Positions 8,064-16,438 of a DNA stretch of 24,000 bases are shown here, piece by piece. The notes below the pieces were generated by a model that had not been told where the DNA came from, made no database searches, and worked only from the letters and a program-made list of their open reading frames with translations. The DNA is from Thermococcus argininiproducens (lineage in GTDB: Archaea > Methanobacteriota_B > Thermococci > Thermococcales > Thermococcaceae): NCBI RefSeq assembly GCF_023746595.1, contig NZ_CP080572.1, positions 1,076,530 to 1,100,529 of the forward strand, read 5' to 3'. How positions within the stretch are numbered: position 1 is the stretch's first letter; every line of letters starts with the position of its first letter. The position numbers were made by a program, and so were the translations under genes.

Positions 8064-8080
8064 GTTCAAAACCCAAGGTT
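8064..8080. promoter_or_regulatory. SurR-type recognition motif GTTcaaAACccaagGTT (candidate operator)
   Basis: This is an exact match to the published extended SurR consensus GTTn3AACn5GTT. It lies about 45 nt upstream of the putative acdA BRE/TATA. Binding is not demonstrated. Confidence 0.3.
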
Positions 8081-8123
8081 TCTTTAGCGAACGCCGATAG
8101 TCAAGTCGGCAAATGGATAAGGG

Positions 8124-8135
8124 AAAAGTTATAAC
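8124..8135 (+). promoter_or_regulatory. putative BRE/TATA of acdA (AAAAGTTATAAC)
   Basis: An A-rich BRE-like sequence plus TTATAA lies about 49 nt upstream of the ATG at 8180. The SD GGTGGAGG (8170-8177) lies between them. Confidence 0.45.
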
Positions 8136-8179
8136 TCCTTTTTCAGATTAACCTTTGTAAAGTTCATGGGGTGGAGGAA

Positions 8180-9568
8180 ATGAGCATAGAAGCACTTTTC
8201 AAACCAAAGAGCGTTGCTGTTGTAGGGGCTTCTGGCAAGCCAGGAAAAATAGGGTATGCTATTATGAAAAATCTCATCGAATACGGCTATGAAGGGAAGA
8301 TATATGCAGTAAATGTCAAAGGTGGGGAAATAGAGATCAGCGGAAGAAAATTCCAGGTTTACAAGAGCATTCTCGATGTTCCTGATGAAGTTGATATGGC
8401 GGTGATAGTTGTACCAGCAAAGTTTGTTCCACAGGTTATAGAAGAGTGTGGGAAGAAGGGTGTTAAAGTCCTTCCGATAATTAGTTCAGGATTTGGAGAA
8501 CTTGGTGAAGAGGGCAAGAAAGTTGAACAGCAGCTAGTCGAGACAGCTCACAAGTATGGAATGAGAATTCTCGGTCCAAACATCTTTGGCATCGTTTATA
8601 CTCCTGCAAAGCTTAACGCTACGTTTGGACCAACTGATGTTATGCCAGGAAAGTTAGCCCTTGTTTCCCAAAGTGGTGCTCTTGGAATAGCACTCATGGG
8701 ATGGACAATTCTTGAAAAAGTAGGTCTTTCAGCCGTAGTTAGCATAGGAAACAAGAGTGACCTCGATGATGCTGACATGCTTGAATACTTTGAAGACGAT
8801 GAAAACACCGGTGCTATTTTAATCTATATGGAGGGTGTGAAGGACGGTAGGAAGTTTATGGAAGTTGCCAAGAGAGTTTCAATGAAGAAGCCGATTATAA
8901 TCATTAAAGCCGGTAGAAGTGAAAGAGGAGCCAAAGCAGCGGCTTCACACACTGGATCATTGGCTGGTGCTGACAGTATCTACACAGCTGCATTTAAGCA
9001 AAGTGGTGTGTTAAGGGCTTTAACAATAGGCGAGGCATTTGATTGGGCAAGAACACTCTCCAACCTTCCAGAACCAGAGGGAGATAATGTTGTGATACTC
9101 ACAAATGGTGGTGGAATAGGAGTTATGGCCACTGATGCTGCTGAAGAAGAAGGATTAAAACTTTACGACAACTTAGAGGAGCTTAAAGTCTTCGCAAACC
9201 ACATGCCACCATTTGGGAGCTACAAGAATCCCGTTGACCTTACGGGTATGGCTGGTGCTGAAGCTTATGAGGGAGCAGTTAGAGACGCCTTGGCTCATCC
9301 AGAGATGCACGCAATAGCAGTTCTCTACTGTCAAACAGCAGTTTTAGACCCAAGAGATCTCGCAGAGATAGTTATCAGAGAATACGAAGCAAGTGGTAGG
9401 AAGAAGCCGATTGTAGTTGCAATAGTAGGTGGAATTGAGGCTAAAGAAGCTATTGACATACTTAATGAGAGAGGTATTCCAGCATATCCTGAACCAGAGA
9501 GGGCAATTAAATCACTCTCGGCCCTTTATAGATGGTATAACTGGAAAATGAAACATAGAAAAGAGTGA
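8180..9568 (+). CDS. acdA: acetyl-CoA synthetase (ADP-forming), alpha subunit (ACD/ACS alpha)
   Basis: It has a CoA-binding N-terminus (KSVAVVGASGKPGKIGY) and the phosphohistidine loop AASHTGSLAG. The trimmed length of 462 aa equals the Pyrococcus ACS alpha subunit. The track start at 8171 is a GTG inside the SD. No beta subunit is adjacent, as is known for Pyrococcus. Confidence 0.9.
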   Translation: MSIEALFKPKSVAVVGASGKPGKIGYAIMKNLIEYGYEGKIYAVNVKGGEIEISGRKFQVYKSILDVPDEVDMAVIVVPAKFVPQVIEECGKKGVKVLPIISSGFGELGEEGKKVEQQLVETAHKYGMRILGPNIFGIVYTPAKLNATFGPTDVMPGKLALVSQSGALGIALMGWTILEKVGLSAVVSIGNKSDLDDADMLEYFEDDENTGAILIYMEGVKDGRKFMEVAKRVSMKKPIIIIKAGRSERGAKAAASHTGSLAGADSIYTAAFKQSGVLRALTIGEAFDWARTLSNLPEPEGDNVVILTNGGGIGVMATDAAEEEGLKLYDNLEELKVFANHMPPFGSYKNPVDLTGMAGAEAYEGAVRDALAHPEMHAIAVLYCQTAVLDPRDLAEIVIREYEASGRKKPIVVAIVGGIEAKEAIDILNERGIPAYPEPERAIKSLSALYRWYNWKMKHRKE

Positions 9569-9591
9569 CTTCTTTCTTTTCTTTTAATAAT

Positions 9592-12500
9592 TTATGAGGC
9601 AATGTATTTTTTAATTTCTTTGTACATTTCATTAAGGATCTCCTGGTAGTCTGCTTTGTTTTCTTCCACTAGGTCCATTAGCTCTTCAAGCTGTCTAGTC
9701 CTTTCTTCGCTTACGAGCTCTTTGTATCTGGTTATGAGATAATGGTATACTTTGGTTCCAAGCTCTGTAGGCACGAGTTTCTTTCTCCCTTTAGTTTCTA
9801 TGACGTAGTGTCTATCAAGGAGGGTTTTAACTATCTTGGCATATGTTGATGGCCTTCCAATTTTGCGTTCTTTCATCAGGGCGATTATATCTCCTTGAGT
9901 GAAAAGCGGTACTTTTGGAGCCTTCCATTTCTTGATCTCTTTAACTCTAATCTTTTGTCCTTTTTCAAGTTTTGGAAGCTTTCTCAGTGGTGGATTCCGG
10001 ATTTTTGTCCATCCTTCATAAAGAATGTCTACATAGCCTTCTATTTCTGTTTTTGCAACTTTTGCATCTATGATTGCTTTTTCATAGAGTATCTTTGCGG
10101 CTTTCATCTGGGATGTCATAAAGCGCTTAAATACCATGTCATATAGTCTGAAATGATCCCTTGTCAGGCCTCTTGCAAGTGTTATAACTCCATCTCTGAG
10201 CAGTTGCATTAATCTTCCAGTGTCTATAGGTCTTGTCGGTCTTATACATTCATGGGCCCCTTCTTCTCCCCATTTTCTTGGGGCGAAGTATTCCTCGCCG
10301 ATTTCATCGCTTATGTACTCTTTAGCAACTTCTATACCAACGTTGCTGACATGGGTTGAGTCTGTTCTAATATATGTAAGAAGACCTAATTCGAAAAGGT
10401 CTTGGGCTAATCTCATTGTATAGTCGGTTGAGAATCCTAAAAATCTTGAAGCGTCTTGAAGCATAGTATCAGTACTGTATGGTGGTAATGGATTGAGTTC
10501 TCTCTCTTCCAGCTGCACATCTTCTACAACAACTTCTTCGATCTCGTCCTTAACGCCTTCAAGGGTGACATCCAGATCATTTTCGAGGGTTAGTCTTACA
10601 AAATTGGTTTCACTTTCTACAAATTCCTTATATCTTTGGATTACCCACCCTAGTACAGGTGTTTGAACTCTTCCTGCTGAAAGATAGGTATTCTCAAAGA
10701 CTTCCCATAGTTTCTGGCTTAGTTCGAATCCTATCCATCTATCCTCGATTCTTCTTACTAACTGAGCATTTACTCTTCCTTCATGGACATCTCTTGCTTC
10801 TTTTAGTGCTTTCAGAATAGCTGGTCTCGTAACTTCGTGGAATTCAATCCTTTTTATTGTTGGAGTGTAAGGGGATAGAACATTCCTTATGTCCCATGCT
10901 ATCTTTTCTCCCTCAGTATCTGGGTCAGTTCCGATTAATATTTCATCAACTTCTTGGGCAATTTCTCTCATTGCCATAACGTTTTCAAGGGAATCCCTGA
11001 TATCATTAGATCCACACCTTGGGCATACTCCTTTGCTTTCCCAATCAACAAACTGATGGCCGCAGTCTCTACAACGCTTTAGAGTGTCATATATTGGCAC
11101 AAAGTAGAGTTTTCCATCTTTTTCGTTTACCAAGACCCCATGATAGCCGTCATTGGTTACAAGATCAAACATGTGTCCTCCACTTGCGAGGATTGTTAGC
11201 ATCAATTCACCGATGCTTACTTCATAAGCCACTAAATCTCCAATACGCCTTTTGCTCGGTTGACCAAAGAAGTTTGCAATAGTCCTTGCCTTGTTTGGCG
11301 ATTCTACTATCATAAGAGCGGACCTGACTAAATCTTTTGTTTTCTCTGCGATCTTTCCTTCCATAATAAGTCTGACTTTTTCTCTATCTCTGTCAATCTC
11401 TTGGAGTACTTTTTCTAGGTCTAGTTCATTAAAGGCTACCATTTCAAACTCAGAAAAGCGCCAACGCATTTGCCTCTTTAGACCATTGAACACTTTTTCA
11501 TTGTCTACAATTACCATGCTTAGTCCTTTAGTTATGCCACCAGCAAATAGTCTTGAAGTCCTCCCGCTTGCTTGGATATATGTCCTAACGTCAGGGATTT
11601 CTATATACCACTTTCCTTCCTCTTTCTTAAGACTTACGAAAGGATCTTCCTCTATTCTCTTGAGAACATCTTCCTTCTTCAGTATATTTCTTAAAAAGTC
11701 TACTGCCTCCTTAAATACCTTGAGAACATGATTTGAAAATCCCTCTAGAGGCAATCCCTCTGCAAGGGCTTCTTCTATCTTTAAAATTTCAAACTGTGGA
11801 ATGTTCCGTATGAGCCTTCTTATTCTAGCGTAGAGTTTTTCTGCATTCTTTCTATCTTCGTTTTCTAGGAATTCCATAACTTCACTCATCAGACCAAGAA
11901 CTCTGTAGATAGTGGGTTGTTCTAAATCTATGCTAAATCGGAATTTGGGAACACCAGTAAAAACTGCATACCTTATTAGATGTGGCAAATCTAAGCCTCT
12001 AACAATAGATCCATAATAAGTTGCAACCCCAATTAGGTAGTCGGCCTCTCCATTCTCAAACCTCTCAAGACCCTTTTTATTTCTCGCTGAAACTAATTCG
12101 ACTTTGAATCCTTTATCCTTTAGGTAGGAAGTTAGCTTTTCTGCATAGAGTATTCCTTGATCAATAGGTACAAAGATAAGACCTCCTGTGCCCAATTTCT
12201 TTATGATCTCTTCAACATGCTCTTCTATTGGTTGTTGGGGAGATAAATATGTGTCCACTACATTTCTTAATGCGGATCGCCCACTTCCTACTTCAAAATC
12301 GAGGAGTTCACGATAGAGTTTTATTCTGTCACCTCTTGCACTTCCAGTTGCTGAGGCCACGATCAAAACTCCAATATTATTCTTGCGTTTAAATTCTCTT
12401 ATTTCTTTTTCAATTGCGTTTATTTGTTTATTTAGTTCTTTTAACCGCTCATTTTTGTCTTTTCTGTTTCCGTTAAGGTATTTTGCCATCTGTTTTTTGA

Positions 12501-13239
12501 GCCTTATTATTTCCCATGCTTTTTGAATTATCTCCTCGGTAAACCCGAGTAAAATCAATGAGCGATCTATATTCTTTGAAGCTTTTAAAAAAGCATCAAC
12601 ATCATCTACAAAGATAAAGTCAAATCTTTTGTCCTTTAAGACATCAAAATTTCTCGCAAGGTATTGGGCAGAGGTTATAAGAATATCAAACTCACCAGTT
12701 TGGATTTTTTGGAGCATTTCTTCTTTTTCTTTTTTCTTCATGTTTCCATGATAATATGCTAAATTAACATCTATTCCAGCTTTTTCAGCAAAAGTTTTGA
12801 CTCTCTTAATCGTTTGAATGACCAGAGGCGTTGTTGGTAAGACTATATATGATCTCTTTCCTTTTTTGGCGTAATAAATGGACATAAATGCCCCAAAAAC
12901 ACTTTTTCCCATACCTGTTGGGGCTATGATTGAGAAACTTTTTCCTCTTACCAGTCGTTTTACCCAGCTCTTTTGAGCACTCCAGAATGTGAATCCAGTG
13001 GCAGTTTTAAAAAGTTTTTCTGCTTCAATAAGTCTTTGTTCTAGAGAATACACTTCTTCCCAGTGTTTTAATGTGTTTTTAAGCTTTAGAGCATCGTAAA
13101 TTCCCTTAACAAGTTCAAAATAAACATCAGATTTGATTTCTTCGTCGAGACATGTTTCACATGGATGCTTATTATATAGCCTCTCATCGCTTATCACATC
13201 TTGGCAATTTGGGCACATGCCCCTGTATACTGCCTTCAT
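9592..13239 (-). CDS. rgy: reverse gyrase (helicase-like domain fused to type IA topoisomerase)
   Basis: It has an N-terminal zinc finger (CPNCQ..CETC), Walker A (APTGMGKS), a DDVD box, TOPRIM ([10 protein letters not shown]), a second zinc finger (CRDCGHQ..CPRCG) and an active-site Tyr context ([10 protein letters not shown]). The track start at 13248 is a GTG inside the SD GGGTGGA. The ATG at 13239 gives [12 protein letters not shown], as in Pyrococcus Rgy. The protein is colinear with no intein. Confidence 0.96.
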   Translation of the reverse strand: MKAVYRGMCPNCQDVISDERLYNKHPCETCLDEEIKSDVYFELVKGIYDALKLKNTLKHWEEVYSLEQRLIEAEKLFKTATGFTFWSAQKSWVKRLVRGKSFSIIAPTGMGKSVFGAFMSIYYAKKGKRSYIVLPTTPLVIQTIKRVKTFAEKAGIDVNLAYYHGNMKKKEKEEMLQKIQTGEFDILITSAQYLARNFDVLKDKRFDFIFVDDVDAFLKASKNIDRSLILLGFTEEIIQKAWEIIRLKKQMAKYLNGNRKDKNERLKELNKQINAIEKEIREFKRKNNIGVLIVASATGSARGDRIKLYRELLDFEVGSGRSALRNVVDTYLSPQQPIEEHVEEIIKKLGTGGLIFVPIDQGILYAEKLTSYLKDKGFKVELVSARNKKGLERFENGEADYLIGVATYYGSIVRGLDLPHLIRYAVFTGVPKFRFSIDLEQPTIYRVLGLMSEVMEFLENEDRKNAEKLYARIRRLIRNIPQFEILKIEEALAEGLPLEGFSNHVLKVFKEAVDFLRNILKKEDVLKRIEEDPFVSLKKEEGKWYIEIPDVRTYIQASGRTSRLFAGGITKGLSMVIVDNEKVFNGLKRQMRWRFSEFEMVAFNELDLEKVLQEIDRDREKVRLIMEGKIAEKTKDLVRSALMIVESPNKARTIANFFGQPSKRRIGDLVAYEVSIGELMLTILASGGHMFDLVTNDGYHGVLVNEKDGKLYFVPIYDTLKRCRDCGHQFVDWESKGVCPRCGSNDIRDSLENVMAMREIAQEVDEILIGTDPDTEGEKIAWDIRNVLSPYTPTIKRIEFHEVTRPAILKALKEARDVHEGRVNAQLVRRIEDRWIGFELSQKLWEVFENTYLSAGRVQTPVLGWVIQRYKEFVESETNFVRLTLENDLDVTLEGVKDEIEEVVVEDVQLEERELNPLPPYSTDTMLQDASRFLGFSTDYTMRLAQDLFELGLLTYIRTDSTHVSNVGIEVAKEYISDEIGEEYFAPRKWGEEGAHECIRPTRPIDTGRLMQLLRDGVITLARGLTRDHFRLYDMVFKRFMTSQMKAAKILYEKAIIDAKVAKTEIEGYVDILYEGWTKIRNPPLRKLPKLEKGQKIRVKEIKKWKAPKVPLFTQGDIIALMKERKIGRPSTYAKIVKTLLDRHYVIETKGRKKLVPTELGTKVYHYLITRYKELVSEERTRQLEELMDLVEENKADYQEILNEMYKEIKKYIAS

Positions 13240-13276
13240 TTTATCCACCCTCTAATCCTTTTCTAAGAGATGCAAA

Positions 13277-13294
13277 CTTTATAAGGCTTTTTTT
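13277..13294 (-). promoter_or_regulatory. BRE/TATA promoter of rgy (minus strand AAAAAAAGCC-TTATAAAG)
   Basis: A TATA-like TTATAAAG with an A-rich BRE lies about 42 nt upstream of the ATG at 13239. The SD lies in the predicted short leader. Confidence 0.55.
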
Positions 13295-13320
13295 GAAGGG
13301 CCTACTATAAGTGGAACTTA

Positions 13321-13371
13321 AAGGTTAGAAGGTTCAAGACAACTTTTGAAAGGTTCTTTTTAAGGTTAGAA
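13321..13371. repeat. array of four same-orientation AAGGTT units, including an exact 10-mer AAGGTTAGAA repeated 41 nt apart
   Basis: AAGGTTAGAA occurs at 13321-13330 and 13362-13371. AAGGTTC occurs at 13329-13335 and 13350-13356. The last unit overlaps the stop codon of the SWIM gene. Confidence 0.6.
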
Positions 13372-13890
13372 TATTTCTTTGATCTCCTTTTCCAGCTCTT
13401 CTGTAAGTTTATATTCTGAAAATATTCGTTTGAATTCCTTAAATATCTCAATTATCTGAAATCTCGTTTCTGCAGAAGGAGCTTGCGGGAAAAGCTTTAG
13501 AGTTTTTCTTAAAAGCCTAGTAACTTCACTTCCACTTTCATCATTGTTTATCTGGTACTGTAATTCTTTTAGCAGAACTTCTATCCCAAGTGCAGGATCT
13601 TCAGTGAAGAAATACTTCTCAATAACTAGCTCTGGTAAACTCTCTGAGAGGGGATCTTCACTTTCAATGTAGAATCCTTCTTCAAAGGCCATGAGTACAG
13701 CAGCGACATGTTTACAGTTTTTACCCTGTGGGCAGGTGCATTTGTTTGAATTTTTTGCTAAGTCCACTTCTATATAATATGGATATGTTCCCAGAACTTT
13801 GGAAAACAGTTTCTCCTTATACTTGAGAACCCACAGGACCTTTCCTTTTTTGTAATAGCTCTTCCCTTTCTGTAGAGTTTTCTTTTCCAT
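13366..13890 (-). CDS. SWIM-type zinc-finger protein, otherwise uncharacterised
   Basis: CTCPQGKNCKH is a CxCxnCxH SWIM signature and follows a predicted beta-rich N-terminal half. The C-terminal half is helical and acidic. I trimmed the start to the ATG at 13890, because the track start at 13899 is a GTG. Confidence 0.65.
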   Translation of the reverse strand: MEKKTLQKGKSYYKKGKVLWVLKYKEKLFSKVLGTYPYYIEVDLAKNSNKCTCPQGKNCKHVAAVLMAFEEGFYIESEDPLSESLPELVIEKYFFTEDPALGIEVLLKELQYQINNDESGSEVTRLLRKTLKLFPQAPSAETRFQIIEIFKEFKRIFSEYKLTEELEKEIKEIF

Positions 13891-14012
13891 GATAACCACT
13901 AAATGTAGTAAGCATTGGGATTTTTAAGATTAACTCCCCCTAAACCTTTAAAAAGTAGAGGTTTTAGTTAATCCCGATAACGCTTATCAAAAGTTTTATG
14001 GAGTGTGAGAGT

Positions 14013-15806
14013 ATGAAAAAGATCAGACAGCCCATTATAGCTGTTTTAGGACATGTTGATCACGGAAAGACGACAATGCTTGATCGTATACGTAATACTC
14101 GCGTAGCAGAGAAAGAAGCGGGTGGAATTACTCAGCATATAGGTGCTACTGAAGTTCCTATCGATGTTGTTAAACAGCTTGCTGGCCCTCTTTTAAGCCT
14201 CTGGAAAGGTGAGATTAAGCTTCCAGGATTGCTTTTTATAGATACTCCTGGTCATGAAGCCTTCACAAGCCTTAGAGCAAGGGGAGGAAGCTTGGCGGAC
14301 TTAGCAATTCTCATAGTTGATGTAAACGAAGGCTTTCAGCCCCAAACATTGGAGAGTATAGAAATTTTGAGGAAGTATAGAACTCCATTCATCGTTGCAG
14401 CGAATAAAATCGATCGTATTAAAGGATGGAAAATAACTGAAAATGAGCCTTTCTTAGTTAATATTAAAAAACAAGATCAGAGAGCACAACAAGAGCTTGA
14501 GACAAAACTTTGGGAGTTAATAGGAAAGTTCTATGAGATTGGTTTTCAGGCCAATAGATTTGACCGCGTTCAGGATTTCAGAAAGGAGCTCGCAATAATC
14601 CCAATCTCTGCTAAATATGGTATTGGAATCCCTGAATTACTTGTACTTATCTCCGGTTTGGCTCAAAAGTATCTTGAGGAGAAGCTCAAGATAGAAGTAG
14701 AGGGGCCTGCAAGAGGAACTATACTGGAAGTCAGAGAGGAAATAGGCTTTGGAACAACAATAGATGTGATAGTTTATGACGGTACCTTAAAGAAAGACGA
14801 TATGATTGTTGTGGGAGGCAAAGATAAGGCTATAGTCACAAAAATAAGGGCCCTTCTCAAGCCTAAACCTCTTGATGAGATAAGAGATCCGAGATACAGG
14901 TTTGATCAGGTTGAAGAGGTTTCTGCTTCTGCAGGTATCAAAATAGCGGCACCTGGATTGGAAGACGCTCTTGCTGGGTCTCCAGTGATAGCTGTGAGAG
15001 GTGAGGAGGAACTTGAAAGGGCTAAAGGAGAGATCCTTGACCAAATAAAGAGTGTGATTATAAGTACAGATAAAGTAGGAGTAATAGTAAAAGCAGACAC
15101 CATTGGAAGCTTGGAAGCTTTAAGTAAAGAACTTCATGAGAAAAATATCCCCATTAGAAAGGCCGATGTAGGAAATATCAGCAAAACGGACGTTATGGAA
15201 GCCCTTAGTGTAAAAGACGAGGAACCATTCTATGGTGTGGTTATTGGATTTAATGTGAAAGTTAATGAAGATGCGGAAGAAGTTGCCAATGCTAAAAAAA
15301 TACCTCTCTTTATAGGGAACATAATTTACAAGATAATAGAGGACTATGAGGCATGGGTAAAGGCAGAAGAAGAGAAGAAAAAGAAAGAGGTTCTAGCCAA
15401 GACCAAGTTCCCTGGTGTTATTAAGCTCTTCCCTGATGAACGCTACGTTTTTAGGAGGAGCCATCCAGCTATAGTGGGAATAGAGGTGCTTGAAGGAAGG
15501 ATAAAGCCGGGATATCCACTAATAAAGCAGAATGGAGATAGGGTAGGAGTAATAAAATCAATTAAGTCCAAAGAAGATTTCCTCCAAGAGGCTAAGAAAG
15601 GAGATCAAGTGGCTGTGGCAATTGAGGGAGCCATGGTGGGAAGACACATACATCCAGGGGAGATCCTTTATGTGGATATAAGTAAAGATGATGCAATAAG
15701 GCTAGTGAAGGAACTTAGAGATGTACTTGATGACACCGATATAAAAGCTTTGAAAAAGACAGCAAAAGTAAAGGCCCAGAAAGATCCATTCTGGAGTGCC
15801 CTTTAA
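14013..15806 (+). CDS. infB: translation initiation factor aIF5B (IF2 homologue GTPase)
   Basis: It has G1 (GHVDHGKT), G3 (DTPGHEAF) and G4 (NKID) motifs. From the ATG at 14013 it reads MKKIRQPIIAVLGHVDHGKT, which matches Pyrococcus aIF5B N-termini. The 597-aa protein is colinear, with no intein. Confidence 0.93.
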   Translation: MKKIRQPIIAVLGHVDHGKTTMLDRIRNTRVAEKEAGGITQHIGATEVPIDVVKQLAGPLLSLWKGEIKLPGLLFIDTPGHEAFTSLRARGGSLADLAILIVDVNEGFQPQTLESIEILRKYRTPFIVAANKIDRIKGWKITENEPFLVNIKKQDQRAQQELETKLWELIGKFYEIGFQANRFDRVQDFRKELAIIPISAKYGIGIPELLVLISGLAQKYLEEKLKIEVEGPARGTILEVREEIGFGTTIDVIVYDGTLKKDDMIVVGGKDKAIVTKIRALLKPKPLDEIRDPRYRFDQVEEVSASAGIKIAAPGLEDALAGSPVIAVRGEEELERAKGEILDQIKSVIISTDKVGVIVKADTIGSLEALSKELHEKNIPIRKADVGNISKTDVMEALSVKDEEPFYGVVIGFNVKVNEDAEEVANAKKIPLFIGNIIYKIIEDYEAWVKAEEEKKKKEVLAKTKFPGVIKLFPDERYVFRRSHPAIVGIEVLEGRIKPGYPLIKQNGDRVGVIKSIKSKEDFLQEAKKGDQVAVAIEGAMVGRHIHPGEILYVDISKDDAIRLVKELRDVLDDTDIKALKKTAKVKAQKDPFWSAL

Positions 15807-15826
15807 TTTTTCTTTTGGTGGTACTT

Positions 15827-16438
15827 ATGGAGGTTTACCATCTTTATAGTGGAGGAAAAGACTCTTCACTGGCGGCATATATTTTGGAAAGACTAGGTTA
15901 TGAAGTTAAACTGGTTACTGTTAATTTTGGAGTCCTTGACAGCTGGAAATATGCTAGAGAAACTGCACAAAGCCTTGGGTTTGAGCATGAGGTGTTTTTC
16001 TTAGACAGAAAAATCCTTGAAAAAGCCACTGAAATGTGTATCAATGATAAACATCCAAACAATGCCATCCAATTTATTCATGAAAGGGCATTGGAGGAGA
16101 TTGCCAGACGTGAGGACGTAGAAAGAGTTAGTGATGGAACTAGAAGAGATGATAGGGTTCCATTACTGGATCAAAGGAAAACAAGAAGTCTTGAGGATAG
16201 ATTCAATGTTCAGTACATACGGCCACTTTTGGGCCTTGGATATAAGACAATAAGAGAACTTACGGATAGACTTTTCATAATTGAACTCAAAGAGAGTGAA
16301 AAGCTTGAAAAATCTGACTATGAAGTGGAAATCAGATATCTCTTAAGAGAGAAAGGTATAGACCCACTTACAATTTTCCCAAAGAGACATTTGCAGTCAA
16401 GAGTACTGGGATGGAAAAAAGAAAAGGCTCACTTGTGA
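15827..16438 (+). CDS. small PP-loop ATP pyrophosphatase superfamily protein (adenine nucleotide alpha-hydrolase), function unknown
   Basis: The SGGKDS PP-loop lies at residues 10-15 (MEVYHLYSGGKDSSLAAY). It is 203 aa from the ATG at 15827, preceded by the SD GGTGGT. The track start at 15815 is a TTG. It does not resemble the Dph6/MJ0570-type sequence I remember. It may be the COG2117-type archaeal family (unverified). Confidence 0.7.
   Translation: MEVYHLYSGGKDSSLAAYILERLGYEVKLVTVNFGVLDSWKYARETAQSLGFEHEVFFLDRKILEKATEMCINDKHPNNAIQFIHERALEEIARREDVERVSDGTRRDDRVPLLDQRKTRSLEDRFNVQYIRPLLGLGYKTIRELTDRLFIIELKESEKLEKSDYEVEIRYLLREKGIDPLTIFPKRHLQSRVLGWKKEKAHL

Noticed and set aside
11291-11731. 146-aa + strand ORF, plus other 60-90-aa ORFs antisense to rgy, cdc48, infB, tldD and pmbA
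   Set aside because: All are embedded antisense in strongly supported genes and have biased S/L/F-rich composition. They are shadow ORFs expected opposite purine-rich (GAA/AAG-rich) coding strands.
9592-15806. Possible inteins in reverse gyrase or aIF5B, which host inteins in some Thermococcales
   Set aside because: Both proteins are colinear with the intein-free lengths (1215 and 597 aa). Their catalytic motifs are uninterrupted, and there are no C/S/T...HN splice-junction blocks.
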